Shown here in pieces: positions 10,246 to 21,387 of a DNA stretch of 38,418 nucleotides; within the stretch, counting starts at the first letter, position 1, and each line of letters opens with the position of its first letter. The notes under the pieces are model-generated. The model made no database searches and was not told where the DNA came from. It saw nothing but the letters and a program-made list of their open reading frames with translations. Origin of the DNA: Macrostomum lignano (Eukaryota); assembly GCA_002269645.1 (NCBI GenBank), contig NIVC01004677.1:1-38418 (forward strand), given 5' to 3'. Made by a program: the position numbers and the translations under genes.

Positions 10246-13200
10246 ATGTCCGGCAGCATCGGCAAAGGCCTCGAGCAGGAGCTGAAGTGTCCGCTGTGCA
10301 GAGCCTGGTTCGTCCGGCCGCTGCTGTTGCCATGCGGACATTCGCTGTGCCGCGACTGCTGGGCCGGCATCCAGCAGGCCCCGGCGGACGACCAGATGTC
10401 CGTGCTGTCCGAGACCGACTCGGGCGTGTCCCTGCCGGCGTCCAGGCCGGACAGTTTGGTGACCGCTGGTGAGCGGTTTCTTGGAAACTACTGCAAGGAA
10501 ATTGCTTTACAGTTTTCTTCGACCTAGAAAGTTTCTTAGAAATAATAAATCTTAGCAAGATATAATATTTAACGCGAATACTACGTTTAAAAATGCAATT
10601 ATGTTTCTTGGAAAACTGGGCACTAGAAAAGTTTTTTTCGGGCACTTAATAATAATAATAATTGATTGATTACACCTGCCAAAATTGGGCCAGATGCGCA
10701 ACCGACATCTCAGCCGCAGCTATTGCGCGGCGCATCTGAAGGCTGCGTACGGCTGTTCAGTCCAAGGACTGGGGGGTCGCCACACACACCCTCCATTTCC
10801 CCAGCTGAACTGAAGCAATGCAGAGTTAAGTGTCTTGCTCAAGGACACAAATTATTCCAGTGGAATCTGGAATCGAACCGCCGACCTTTGAGTCGTGAAT
10901 CCGACACTAATCACTAGGCTACAACCCCTTTTTCTAAGAAACTTACGTGGTTTTTATGACAAGCCGGAGGTTTTCGTTAAAAAGCAACTCAGCTTGAAGA
11001 CAATCATTAGAAACATTTTTGTTTCAGCTTCCAGCGGCTCCGGCAGCAGCGGCGGCGGCGGCGGCGGCGCAGGAAGTTCCGGCGCTGCTGGCACAATCGG
11101 CGGCTTCCTCTGCCCGGCCTGCCGCAAGCCGGTGGCGCCGCCGCACAGCCAGCAGCTGCCGGCCAATCGCGCTCTCGAACGGCTTGTCTCCGCCACTGCC
11201 GCCGCCTCTTCGGCTAACAAAGACCACGGCAGCCAGGACTGCGGCAACGACGAAGATGTCGTCGAGTTGAACGACTGCCGGAGACACCTGGGCGAGCCGG
11301 GCGCCTTCTGCCTCTCCTGCCGGGGCAGCTTCGCCTGCGGCCTGTGCGCCGGCGAGGAACCCTGCGGCGGCGGAGGCGGCGGCGGCGAGCGGCACCAGCC
11401 TGTACCGCTGCCGGCCGCCTGCAAAGCTCAGAAGGTGCGTTGGTTGTTTGAGGCTGTGCTGAGATGCCGGAGAGGCTGTTTTATTCTAATGGGAGGACCA
11501 CTGGGTTCTTTGTTGTGAACACCTAGAAATAAGTCACTCTGAAGACATTTCTAAAGAAGTCACTCTGAGGTGATCTCCGAGGTCATCTCATTCTGAGGAA
11601 ATTTCCCAAGTTGTCACTCTGAACACATCTTTTAAGAAGTCACTCTGAGGACACCTCTGAAGTAGTCACCTTGAGGACAGCCCTGAAGTAGTCAATCTGA
11701 GGACATCCCTGAAGAAGTCACTCTGAGGACGTCTCCGAAGAAGTCACTCTGAAGACATTTCGGAAGTAGTCACCTCGAAGACATCTATCTATGAAGAAGT
11801 CACTCTGAGGACATCTCCGAAGAACTCACTCTGAAGTCATATTTAAAGAAGGCACTCGGATGTCTAACTGTAGTCTGCCACAGCTTACAGTAATATCTAA
11901 AATCCTACACACTTTTCCTAACAAGGCTCTGAGTCACCAACAGCAAAGAAATTCCTAAAATATTCTACCTGCATCTTTATTTAAAAGTCGCCAGGGCCTT
12001 CCGACAGCTTCTTGAGGTTCTGCCTGACGCAACCGGGCAAACAAATTGTCCATTACTGTTGGAATTCTGGGCGCGGGCAGCATTAATTTCCTGGGAAAAT
12101 TCCCGATTGGTTAGACATTGGTTTCTTTTCCCAGATTGCCATCACAGGCTAGAAATTTTAGAGATCCGGGAGGTCCAAGACTTGCTTAAAGCACCACGTG
12201 GGTGATCGAATGCATTAGTATGGTGGTAGTTAAAAAAAGTAAAGTTTGAATATCAATAGAGTATCAATAGAGCTATAAGAAAGGCACAACATACTGGTAT
12301 CAAAAGATGAGCATTGGGTCTGCCTCCTATCAAAAGCAATAACAATTTTAGTATGAAAAAAGGTGAAAGCTTCTATCTCCGTAGTGTATTTTTCGTCGAA
12401 AACCAGCCTCTAACATTTTCTAAGAAATTTACGAGATAGTTTGCCGTCCTAATTTAGTTGTCCTTGGAATTCTAATAATGGAGCTCAATTGCATTGTCTA
12501 TGGTTCAAGCCTATTAGTTCAGCTCCAGTTTGACCCCTAGTTGCATATTCTTCACCTCACTTTGAGGTCACCATCACCGACTCTGATTGCACTCACCATC
12601 AATATATTTCCTTTGTAAGATCGTACAGTTTACCGCCCGAGAGCTATTCGATGTGCAAAGTTTGTTTGCTAGCAGATTCTTATCACCCAAACTCGTTGAG
12701 CTGCACTTGCCGGCTGGACTGATTTGACCTCAAATGTGAGTCAAACAGAGAGCAGGAGCTACCAGCGTTTGGGGAGCGGTGGGAGCAGATTTCGGCACCT
12801 GGGAGTTCGCAGATAAGACTGCAACGGGCCCCGCTTCAATGCGGCTTCGATAAGCTCTTGCGGGATGCCAGCAGATGCGGATTACAGAGAATCCCTTCTC
12901 AGAGCCCCCCTCCCCACTGGAGCAGTGGCAATCGCGCGTTACGAAGGCAGGGACACCTACAGTCACAACCTGGAGTGGCCTCATCAAACACTTGTCATTT
13001 TCAGACAACTATAGGCCGACTGCGGTTCTTCAGTTTACAAAGGAAGGACAAGTCTGTCTAATGTCACCGCAATCAGCCTACAGTTGTCTGAAAATGCAAG
13101 GCTTTGTCGAGCCGCAATCAGCCTACAGTAGTCTGAAAATGCAAGGCTTTGTCGAGCCGCAATCAGCCTACAGTTGTCTGAAAATGCAAGGCTTTGTCAG

Positions 13201-16200
13201 GCCGCAATCAGCCTACAGTAGTCTGAAAATGTGGAGTTCAGTAAGGAGTTGGCTCTCCAGCTTCTGACTCTAGATCTCCTTGGTTGAGGACAAAGTTCCG
13301 GGAGAAAAGAAATCCCACTAGACAACTACGGGGGGGGGGTTTCATTCCACCTGAGGTGTCCCGAAAAGCTCTCCGGTTCGCATAAGCCCCAGCCCAGGTG
13401 AAGCACTGCCAGTCCATTTCCCATGGCCGTTGTCATCTTCATTCGGCCTTGAAGAGATGGTCCCGGCTCTTCTGTCCGGTTTTCCTGCCTGACTGCGCTT
13501 GGCTAAAAGGGCGAATTCGCTCGGGCTGAACTGCCGCTCCTGAGTGGCAACTTGCACGCTTCCACTTGGTTTTAGTTACTGTAATATTCTGTTAGACAGT
13601 AGCTATTATCGGTTAGACAGTAGCTATATCCGGTTAGACAGTAGCTATATCCTGTTAGACAGTAGCTATATTCTGTTAGACAGTAGCGATTATCGGTTAG
13701 ACAGTAGGTATATTCTGTTAGATAGTAGCTATATCCTGTTAGACAGTAGCTATATTCTGTTACACAGTAGCTATATTCTGTTAGACAGTAGCTATTATCT
13801 GTTAGACAGTAGCTATATTCTGTTAGACAGCAGCCATATTCTGTTAGACAGTAGCTATATTCTGTTAGACAGTAGCTATATTCTGTTAGACAGTAGCTAT
13901 ATTCTGTTAGACAGTAGCTATATTCTGATAGACAGTAGCTATATCCGGTTAGACAGCAGCTATTATCGGTTAGACAGTAGCTATATTCTGTTAGATAGTA
14001 GCTATATCCTGTTAGACAGTAGCTATATTCTGTTAGACAGTAGCTATATTCTGTTAGACAGTAGCTATTATCTGTTAGGCAGTAGCTATATTCTGTTAGA
14101 CAGCAGCCATATTCTGTTAGACAGTAGCTATATTCTGTTAGACAGTAGCTAATATCTGTTAGACAGCAGCTATATTCTGTTAGACAGTAGCTATATTCTG
14201 TTAGATAGTAGCTATATCCTGTTAGACAGCAGCTATTATCGGTTAGACAGCAGCTATATTCTGTTGGACAGTAGCTATATCCTGTTAGACAGCAGCCATA
14301 TTCTGTTAGACAGTAGCTATATTCTGTTAGACAGCAGCCATATTCTGTTAGACAGTAGCTATATCCTGTTAGACAGCAGCCATATTCTGTTAGACAGCAG
14401 CTAAATTCTGTTAGACAGCAGCCATATTCTGTTAGACAGCAGCTATATCCTGTTAGACAGCAGCTATATTCTTTGACAGTCCCCATGCACTGCAGTATCT
14501 GCACCGGCCCCAGCATACGCACAGAGGCTGACCGGCAATTCAAGCCAATTTAATATTTAATGCAACAATCCCAAATTGATGGGAGCGCATTCCTCTCTCT
14601 GTCCAACCCGTTCCCGTATCCCGCTGCAACCTTCAGCAAAAAAATGCCGCGGGTGGGAATTAACGGGATCACAGGGCACCGTCCCCAACACCAATGCTTC
14701 CCAATATGAATTACGGCGGGCCATCTGTCTGGCGGCTCAGCCAAGGAGCTCTAACTAGAACGCTTGTCTGGAGCGTCCTTCTTCTATTCAGGTACTTCAG
14801 CTGTCCATACTACGAGTAGGAGTCCTTGGACAAAGGAAAGTATTAATGTAGAATTCAAGTTCTTAGCTTCAATTAGGTAGATTAAATAATATTGTTCGAC
14901 GGTCTAGCGATTGGTCGGTTTCCAATCCAGATAACTTTATTTAGAAGTCCTTGTTCTGCTGAGCATCCCTGGCCGCCAGTTACCCCCCCCCCTCTGCCCC
15001 AAATTTTGCTCAGTCAGTCACTCTCATCACGGCTGGGATCAAAGAGGGTAGAAATCTCCCCTAAACTCCCAAAACCTCATCAAGAATGAGCGGGAGAGCT
15101 CAACGGCTTGCGGGTTATCCTCTAAGCAGCAGAGGTTAGCACTGTTGTAAGAAGAAATCAGTGAGAACTTTATCAGTTTGAATTAATTCCCTCATATATT
15201 CAAAGTGTTACGTTTTGGAGCAGGGGATTTTCTGGCTTCCTCATTCTGATGCTGTGTCTTCTGCATGCGGCAACCAGCTAGCAGTGTTCGGCAATAAATA
15301 ATATATCAATAAAAATAGAAACTTTATTTTCCACCCACTGTAAAGCCATAAACATCAGGCAACACGGCGGAGAGCTGGTGGCGATGGAAGACAAGTGGGA
15401 GGCTGGGAGCGAGCAGCGCGAAAGTCTTCATTAGGCTCCTTCCCGCCCCCGCCTCCCTGCCCTCCGCATGCGTTCGCCTGTTGCTTTTTCGTTTCTCTTC
15501 TTTTGCAGTTTCTGCTTCTTCTTTTAGTTGTTCCAGAGGCGACGAAGTGGCCTCGGAATTCTTTCAGTCCCAATTATGCAGCGCAGCCAGCAAGCGGGAG
15601 GAAACGCATGAGGGAGAGCAAATGAAAAAGCAACACAATGCACAGGCCGTAGGTGCCAAGTGCGGTGCCCACCCTCCCCCTTAGTCCCACTGCGCCAGGG
15701 CGAAAGCGCGCGTAACACAACGCAGATCGGATGAAGAAAAAATGGTCCCTGCCCCTACCTGTAGCTTCCCAGCTTCCTCTCTGGCCATCGTCTGTCTTCA
15801 CTTCCCCCCCCTCCCCGAGGGAGAGACGGGGAGACGGTCCAGTTGGCGCCGAGAAGTCTCGCTGCCGCTCGCGATGCCGCTAGCTGATAAAATGTCAGCG
15901 GCCCTCCTCTTGGCCCCGCGACCCCCATCCTGGAAACTCCTTTTGCAGATTTGGCCGCTTATCCCTTGAAGGAAGGCACCTGCATTTACCCCCCCCCCCC
16001 TACTGCAGTTCTTTCCGACTCTGCGATGCCACCTGCAGTTGACTTTCGCGCGCTTATGGCTGTGCGAGCTTACGAATTCCCCAAGGAGAGGCGCACCACT
16101 CAATCACAATCACTTGGCTACCCGGCCTCACCCTCTCCGTAGAGACAAAGCATGCAAAGCGTGTTCATTACAGTCCAGGGAGTTCAGCTGGGGCAGCTCC

Positions 16201-19200
16201 TCCCGGTAGTTTGAGGTATGCGGGGCAGGCAAGTGCTTTGATAAGTATAGATAAGTATTACCAGTATGTTGGATTGCCAGTTGTTTTCCTCGATCCGATC
16301 AAATTAGTTTAACCTTTGATTGTACTTTTACTGCTTGCCGTTGCCCGAGTCAGATATCAGTCATCAGGCCCTGTCTGTATAGGAGGTCATCAGGCCCTGT
16401 CTGTATAGGAGATGATCAGGCCCTGTCTGTATAGGAGGTCATCAGGCCCTGTCTGTATAGGAGGTCATCAGGCCCTGTCTGTATAGGAGGTCATCAGGCC
16501 CTGTCTGTATAGGAGGTCATCAGGCCCTGTCTGTATAGGAGATGATCAGGCCCTATCTGTATAGGAGGTCATCAGGCCCTGTCTGTATAGGAGGTCATCA
16601 GGCCCTGTCTGTATAGGAGGTGATCAGGCCCTGTCTGTATAGGAAGTCATCAGGCCCTGTCTGTATAGGAGATGATCAGGCCCTGTCTGTATAGGAGATG
16701 ATCAGGCCCTGTCTGTATAGGAGGTCATCAGGCCCTGTCTGTATAGGAGGTCATCAGGCCCTGTCTGTATAGGAGATGATCAGGCCCTGTCTGTATAGGA
16801 GGTCATCAGGCCCTGTCTGTATAGGAGGTCATCAGGCCCTGTCTGTATAGGAGGTCATCAGACCCTGTCTGTATAGGAGGTCATCAGGCCCTGTCTGTAT
16901 AGGAGATGATCAGGCCCTATCTGTATAGGAGGTCATCAGGCCCTGTCTGTATAGGAGGTCATCAGGCCCTGTCTGTATAGGAGGTCATCAGACCCTGTCT
17001 GTATAGGAGGTCATCAGGCCCTGTCTGTATAGGAGGTCATCAGGCCCTGTCTGTATAGGAGGTCATCAGACCCTGTCTGTATAGGAGGTCATCAGGCCCT
17101 GTCTGTATAGGAGGTCATCAGGCCCTATCTTCATTAAAAAGCAAGTCCTGTCTTTACAGGTCAATAAACGCTTATTTTTATTCACATTTATTGATATAAT
17201 CATTCGTATTCATTCATATTCATATTTGTACTTACCCACAAATTTTATTCCTCAAAACAACAATCCAGACTGAGCTGTCCCAGGCCCTGCAGAGTCTGTT
17301 AGAGCAAGCAAAATCCGGTTCGGAATTCCTGCAGCGGCTGAAATCCAGTTCAGAGCGAATCAAGGTGAGAAGGAAAGTGAATTTATTGCTGGTATTGAAA
17401 ATATTGTGCCTAATTTGCGTCAAATCTATTAATTTATATAACTTATCCCAGTCCAACCGGGAGGTCATGGCTGCAGCGGTCACAGAGCAGTTTGACTCGC
17501 TGGTGTCTGCTCTGCAGTCAAAGAAGCAGGTGATGCTGAGCCAGCTGGCATCTGAGCAGGAGCACAAGCTCAGGCTCACCAGAGACCAGGCGGCCCAGTG
17601 CGCCTCCTCGCTGGCCAAGGCAACTGGATTGCTGCAGCTGTGCGTTGAGCTGCTCAGGGAGACTGAACCGGCCGCCTTCATCGCGGTGAGAAAGCTGAAG
17701 GCTTGTTGAGGCCAAACTTCAATCTACAGTCTTTATCCACTCCAATCTGCATAAACTACAGTCTTTATCCATTCCAATCTGCATAAACTACAGTCTTTAT
17801 CCATTCCAATCTGCATAAACTACAGTCTTTATCCATTCCAATCTGCATAAACTACAGTCTTTATCCACTCCAATCTGCATAAACTACAGTCTTTATCCAC
17901 TCCAATCTGCATAAACTACAGTCTTTATCCACTCCTATCTACAGTCTTTATCCACTCCAATCTGCATAAACTACAGTTTTTATTCACTCCAATCTGCATA
18001 AACTACAGTCTTTATCCACTCTTATCTACAGTCTTTATCCACTCCAAACTAGTCTTTATCCATTCCAAACTAGCTCGTAGTCTTTATCCACTCCAGACTA
18101 ATCTTTATCCAATCCAATCTACATAAACTACAGTCTTTATCTACTCCAATCTGCAGTCTTTATCCACTCCAAACTACAGTCTGCTCCACACTCGAGCTTA
18201 GAACGGAACCTCCCACCCCCCATCCTCACGCAGGTGTCGGCCGCGATGCAGGACCGGGCGGCCGGCATGCAGCGGAGTCTGCAGCGCCAGACGGAATCCG
18301 GGCCGAGGGTCAGCGAGCAGTTCGAGATCCGCCTGGACCCGGAACCGGTCCTGGTGGCCATCAACAGTCTGGCGTTCTCCGAGCACAAAAGTGAGTTATT
18401 GAGCTGTTTCTTAGACTGATGTTGGGATTAGTCTTTGATTTGCAGGTGAGCTAGTCAGTTGATGATTGACAGGTGAGCTAGTCAGTTGATGATTGATAGG
18501 TGTAGTCAGCTGATAATTGACAGGTGAGGTAGTCAGTTGATGATTGACAGGTGAGCTAGTCAGTTGATGATTGACAGGTGAGCTAGTCAGCTGATGATTG
18601 ATAGGTGAGGTAGTCAGTTGATGATTGGACAGTTGAGCTAGTCAGTTGATTATTGACAGGTGAGCTAGTCAGCTGATGGTTGACAGATGAGCTAATCAGC
18701 TGATAATTGACAGGTGAGCAAGGTGCTTGAAAATCCTTTTGATAAAGAAAAATGCAGCTGAAACCCTGACTGAACCCGCACACACAGACGGGCCAGACCT
18801 ACCGACTGTCTATCACCAGGCCTCAGCCTGCAGCCAGAAAGGTGTTTATCTCAAAGCACTTTGTCATAATAGAGGGTTTTGTTCTGCCCCCATTTAGTTA
18901 GCATATAAATAATGCGAACCCGTCTGCGGTGCTGTGATCCCAGATAATATTTATTAAGTGGCTTAATGCCTGTTCTACCTGAGCTGGCTTATCTGTCTCA
19001 ACTGCTGTGAGCTGCTTTCATTTTCGTTTTTGCGGTTGTGTGAATTTACGTTATTAAATATTATTTTCATTTCATTTTCACCAGCGGCAAATAATTATTT
19101 TCATTTGCCGCTGCATCTGTGCATTGTTGGCCTTTTTTCAGTGTATATCGATACTGTCGTTATGTTGTGATCCTCATTGTTAGTAACGTAAATTTTAACA

Positions 19201-21387
19201 CATTCTTTTGCTTTTGCTATTCTTTTCTTATCCAATATGCATCTCAGAAAATTAGTTAGTAATTCTGATCAGTTTGGAAAGTGGAGTTCTCACTCTGACC
19301 TTCGAATATTTTCGATTCAGCAATAATCAGCAACGTCCGAACCATCAACAAGCAACGAAACTCACTCCCTGCCCCTCCAAACCGCACTCCGACAGCCACC
19401 TCACTCCCTGCCCCTCCAAACCGCTCTCCGAAAGCCACCTCACTCCCTGCCCCTCCAAACCGCTCTCCGACAGCCACCTCACTCCCTGCCCCTCCAAACC
19501 GCACTCCGACAGCCACCTCACTCCCTGCCCCTCCAAACCGCTCTCCGACAGCCACCTCACTCCCTGCCCCTCCAAACCGCTCTCCGACAGCCACCTCACT
19601 CCCTGCCCCTCCAAACCGCTCTCCGACAGCCACCTCACTCCCTGCCCCTCCAAACCGCACTCGGACAACCACCTCACTCCCTGCCCCTCCAAACCGCACT
19701 CGGACAACCACCTCACTCCCTGTCCCTCCAAACCGCACTCGGACAACCATCTCACTCCCTGCCCCTCCAAACCACACTCTGACAGTCACTTCACTCCCTG
19801 CCCCTACTGCACACTCCGACAGCCACCCCCTGCCACTCTAAATTTAATGCTCTAGATGGAAAAGGTATATCCACTATATACTAAATTTTTTCCATCGTCT
19901 CATCTCTTCGATAGATACAACAGTAATAAATTGAATTTCTTACAACCTGCCCATTTCGCCAGCTCCCTCCCAGCCGGTCATTCTGAAAGGCGAGTGCAAG
20001 TCGGAGAACAACACTCTTACAATCGCTTGGTCGGCTGGTCGCTCTGGCCCGACGCCCGAAGCTTTTAGTCTGGAAATTGACGACGGAAGAGGTAGTGGAT
20101 TCAAGGTGAGATACGCTTTGGAAGTTTAGAAGACGGAGAGGGGCTGATTCCAGGGGATTCCTATGGTTGGGGTTCGCTTATAGTCAGGAAAATCTTCAAA
20201 ATCCACCACAGCGCTGCTACCGCGGCCCAGATTCGGCCTGCTGCGTGCAGTCGCTTCGATTTGACGCCGTCTACCAGGCCCGGGTTCGAGCTCACGGCCC
20301 TACAGGTGACTCAGCCTACAGCGACTTTGTCCGGCTGCGCACTGCCGCCCGGGCTAGCTTCCAGTTCTGCCCGGATGCCTCTCACCGCGACCTGGTGTTC
20401 ACCAACCGCGGCTGCACCGCCACCGCCTCAGTCCTGGACGATCGGGTCGCGCTCTGCTCGGCGGGGCTGTCCCGCGGCCAGCACTACTGGGAGTTTTCCG
20501 TGGACCGCTACGACGACAAAGGCGATCCGGCGTTCGGCGTTGCTAGGATCGACTGTCGCAAGGACGAGAAGCTCGGTGGGTCTTGGACAGCATCCTCTTC
20601 TCTCCCAGCCCGACGGAGTCATGTACATTGCAGGAAACACCAGTTATGCTTTTTAACTACTCTTATGCCCTTCACACTGCTACTACTGCACTGCACACTC
20701 CGACAGCCACCTCACTCCCTGCCCCCCCAGGTTCCATACCGCACACTCCGACAGCCACCTCACTCCCTGCCCCCCCAGGTTCCAAACCGCACACTCCGAC
20801 AGCCACCTCACTCCCTGCCCCCCCCCAGGTTCCAAACAGCACACTCCGACAGCCACCTCACTCCCTGCTGCCCCCAGGTTCCAAACCGCACACTCCGACA
20901 GCCACCTCACTCCCTGCCCCCAGGTTCCAAACCGCACACTCCGACAGCCACCTCACTCCCTGCCCCCCTAAACTAAAAACTCCGACTTTTGCCTTCCTTT
21001 GTAATCTAAGGCATACATGTACATCATACTCCCAATCAGTGTTAAAACTAACTACGCTGGTACGCTGTCCCCCCCTGGACAGGCCGCGACCACAAAGCCT
21101 GGTGCATGTACATAGACTTCAAGCGCAGCTGGTTCCTACACAGCGGCGAACACTTCGAGCGCACTGACGGCGGAATCGCACGCGGTGCGACCGTCGGCGT
21201 CCGTCTGGACTGCGACAGGGGCACGCTGAGCTACTATCTGAACGGGGCGCCGCACGGCCCAGTGGCTTTCACCAACCTGACTGGCACTCTCTACCCGGCC
21301 GTCAGCCTCAGTCGCAGCACGCAGGTGACGCTCAACGCTGGCCTTGAGGTGCCGCACGACCTGTCTGAGGATGAAAGTGACGAGTGA
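10246..21387 (+). CDS. TRIM9: TRIM9/TRIM67-like E3 ubiquitin ligase (RING, single B-box, coiled coil, COS, FN3, SPRY), about 642 aa; exons 10246-10468, 11028-11434, 17269-17364, 17452-17685, 18234-18390, 19963-20105, 20212-20575, 21083-21387
   Basis: RING: [23 protein letters not shown], with the TRIM9-type insert [12 protein letters not shown] and the tail CPACRK..PANRALE. Coiled coil: [10 protein letters not shown] and [34 protein letters not shown]3: [26 protein letters not shown]: [58 protein letters not shown]. All introns are GT-AG with compatible phases; total 1929 nt, divisible by 3. Confidence 0.92.
10648..10928 (-). mobile_element. tRNA-derived SINE with V-domain-like core, in TRIM9 intron 1
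   Basis: Minus strand: head GGGGTTGTAGCCTAGTGATTAG (Pol III box A) ... GGTTCGATTCC (box B), then GTGTCCTTGAGCAAGACACTTAAC..ATTGCTTCAG (V-SINE-type core), ending in an (ATT)n tail at ~10648-10662. Confidence 0.75.
11531..11858. repeat. Diverged ~23-bp minisatellite (GAAGTCACTCTGAGGACATCT core), TRIM9 intron 2
   Basis: GTCACTCTGA(A/G)GAC recurs at about 23-25 bp spacing. Confidence 0.8.
12790..13060 (+). mobile_element. Possible highly degenerate LTR-retrotransposon integrase (rve) remnant
   Basis: Frameshift-joined reading [42 protein letters not shown] resembles FG.P..SDNGPQF..F..FL...GI.H..S....SNG..ER...L.NYR.TP. Weak, by-eye similarity only. Confidence 0.3.
13066..13230. repeat. 45-bp minisatellite, about 3.7 copies, TRIM9 intron 2
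   Basis: CCGCAATCAGCCTACAG recurs at 13067, 13112, 13157 and 13202. Confidence 0.9.
13584..14472. repeat. 21-bp minisatellite (TATTCTGTTAGACAGTAGCTA), about 42 copies, TRIM9 intron 2
   Basis: Direct periodicity; produces spurious LDSSYIL and EYSYCLT ORFs. Confidence 0.95.
16361..17130. repeat. 26-bp minisatellite (GGAGGTCATCAGGCCCTGTCTGTATA), about 30 copies, TRIM9 intron 2
   Basis: Direct periodicity, e.g. 16382 to 16408. Confidence 0.95.
17720..18181. repeat. ~32-bp minisatellite (AAACTACAGTCTTTATCCACTCCAATCTGCAT) filling TRIM9 intron 4
   Basis: Direct periodicity; degenerates at the 3' end. Confidence 0.9.
18443..18718. repeat. 27-bp minisatellite (GACAGGTGAGCTAGTCAGTTGATGATT), about 10 copies, TRIM9 intron 5
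   Basis: Direct periodicity. Confidence 0.9.
19360..19830. repeat. 39-bp minisatellite (CTCACTCCCTGCCCCTCCAAACCGCACTCCGACAGCCAC), about 12 copies, TRIM9 intron 5
   Basis: Direct periodicity ([13 protein letters not shown] 13-aa period in the ORF track). Confidence 0.95.
20693..20970. repeat. ~48-bp variant of the 39-bp family, about 6 copies, TRIM9 intron 7
   Basis: Shares ACTCCGACAGCCACCTCACTCCCTGCCCC and TCCAAACCGC with the 19360-19830 array, with an inserted C-run/CAGGT. Confidence 0.9.

Noticed and set aside
13544-14543. Long ORFs over repeats (LDSSYIL, EYSYCLT; likewise 8616-9335, 19256-19855, 22809-23797, 27056-28189, 30554-33734)
   Set aside because: They arise from stop-free repeat units, mostly inside introns, and show no domain similarity.
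15840-15860. TGGCGCCG as an LTR primer-binding site
   Set aside because: No adjacent LTR end or gag/pol ORF, and only 8 nt match.
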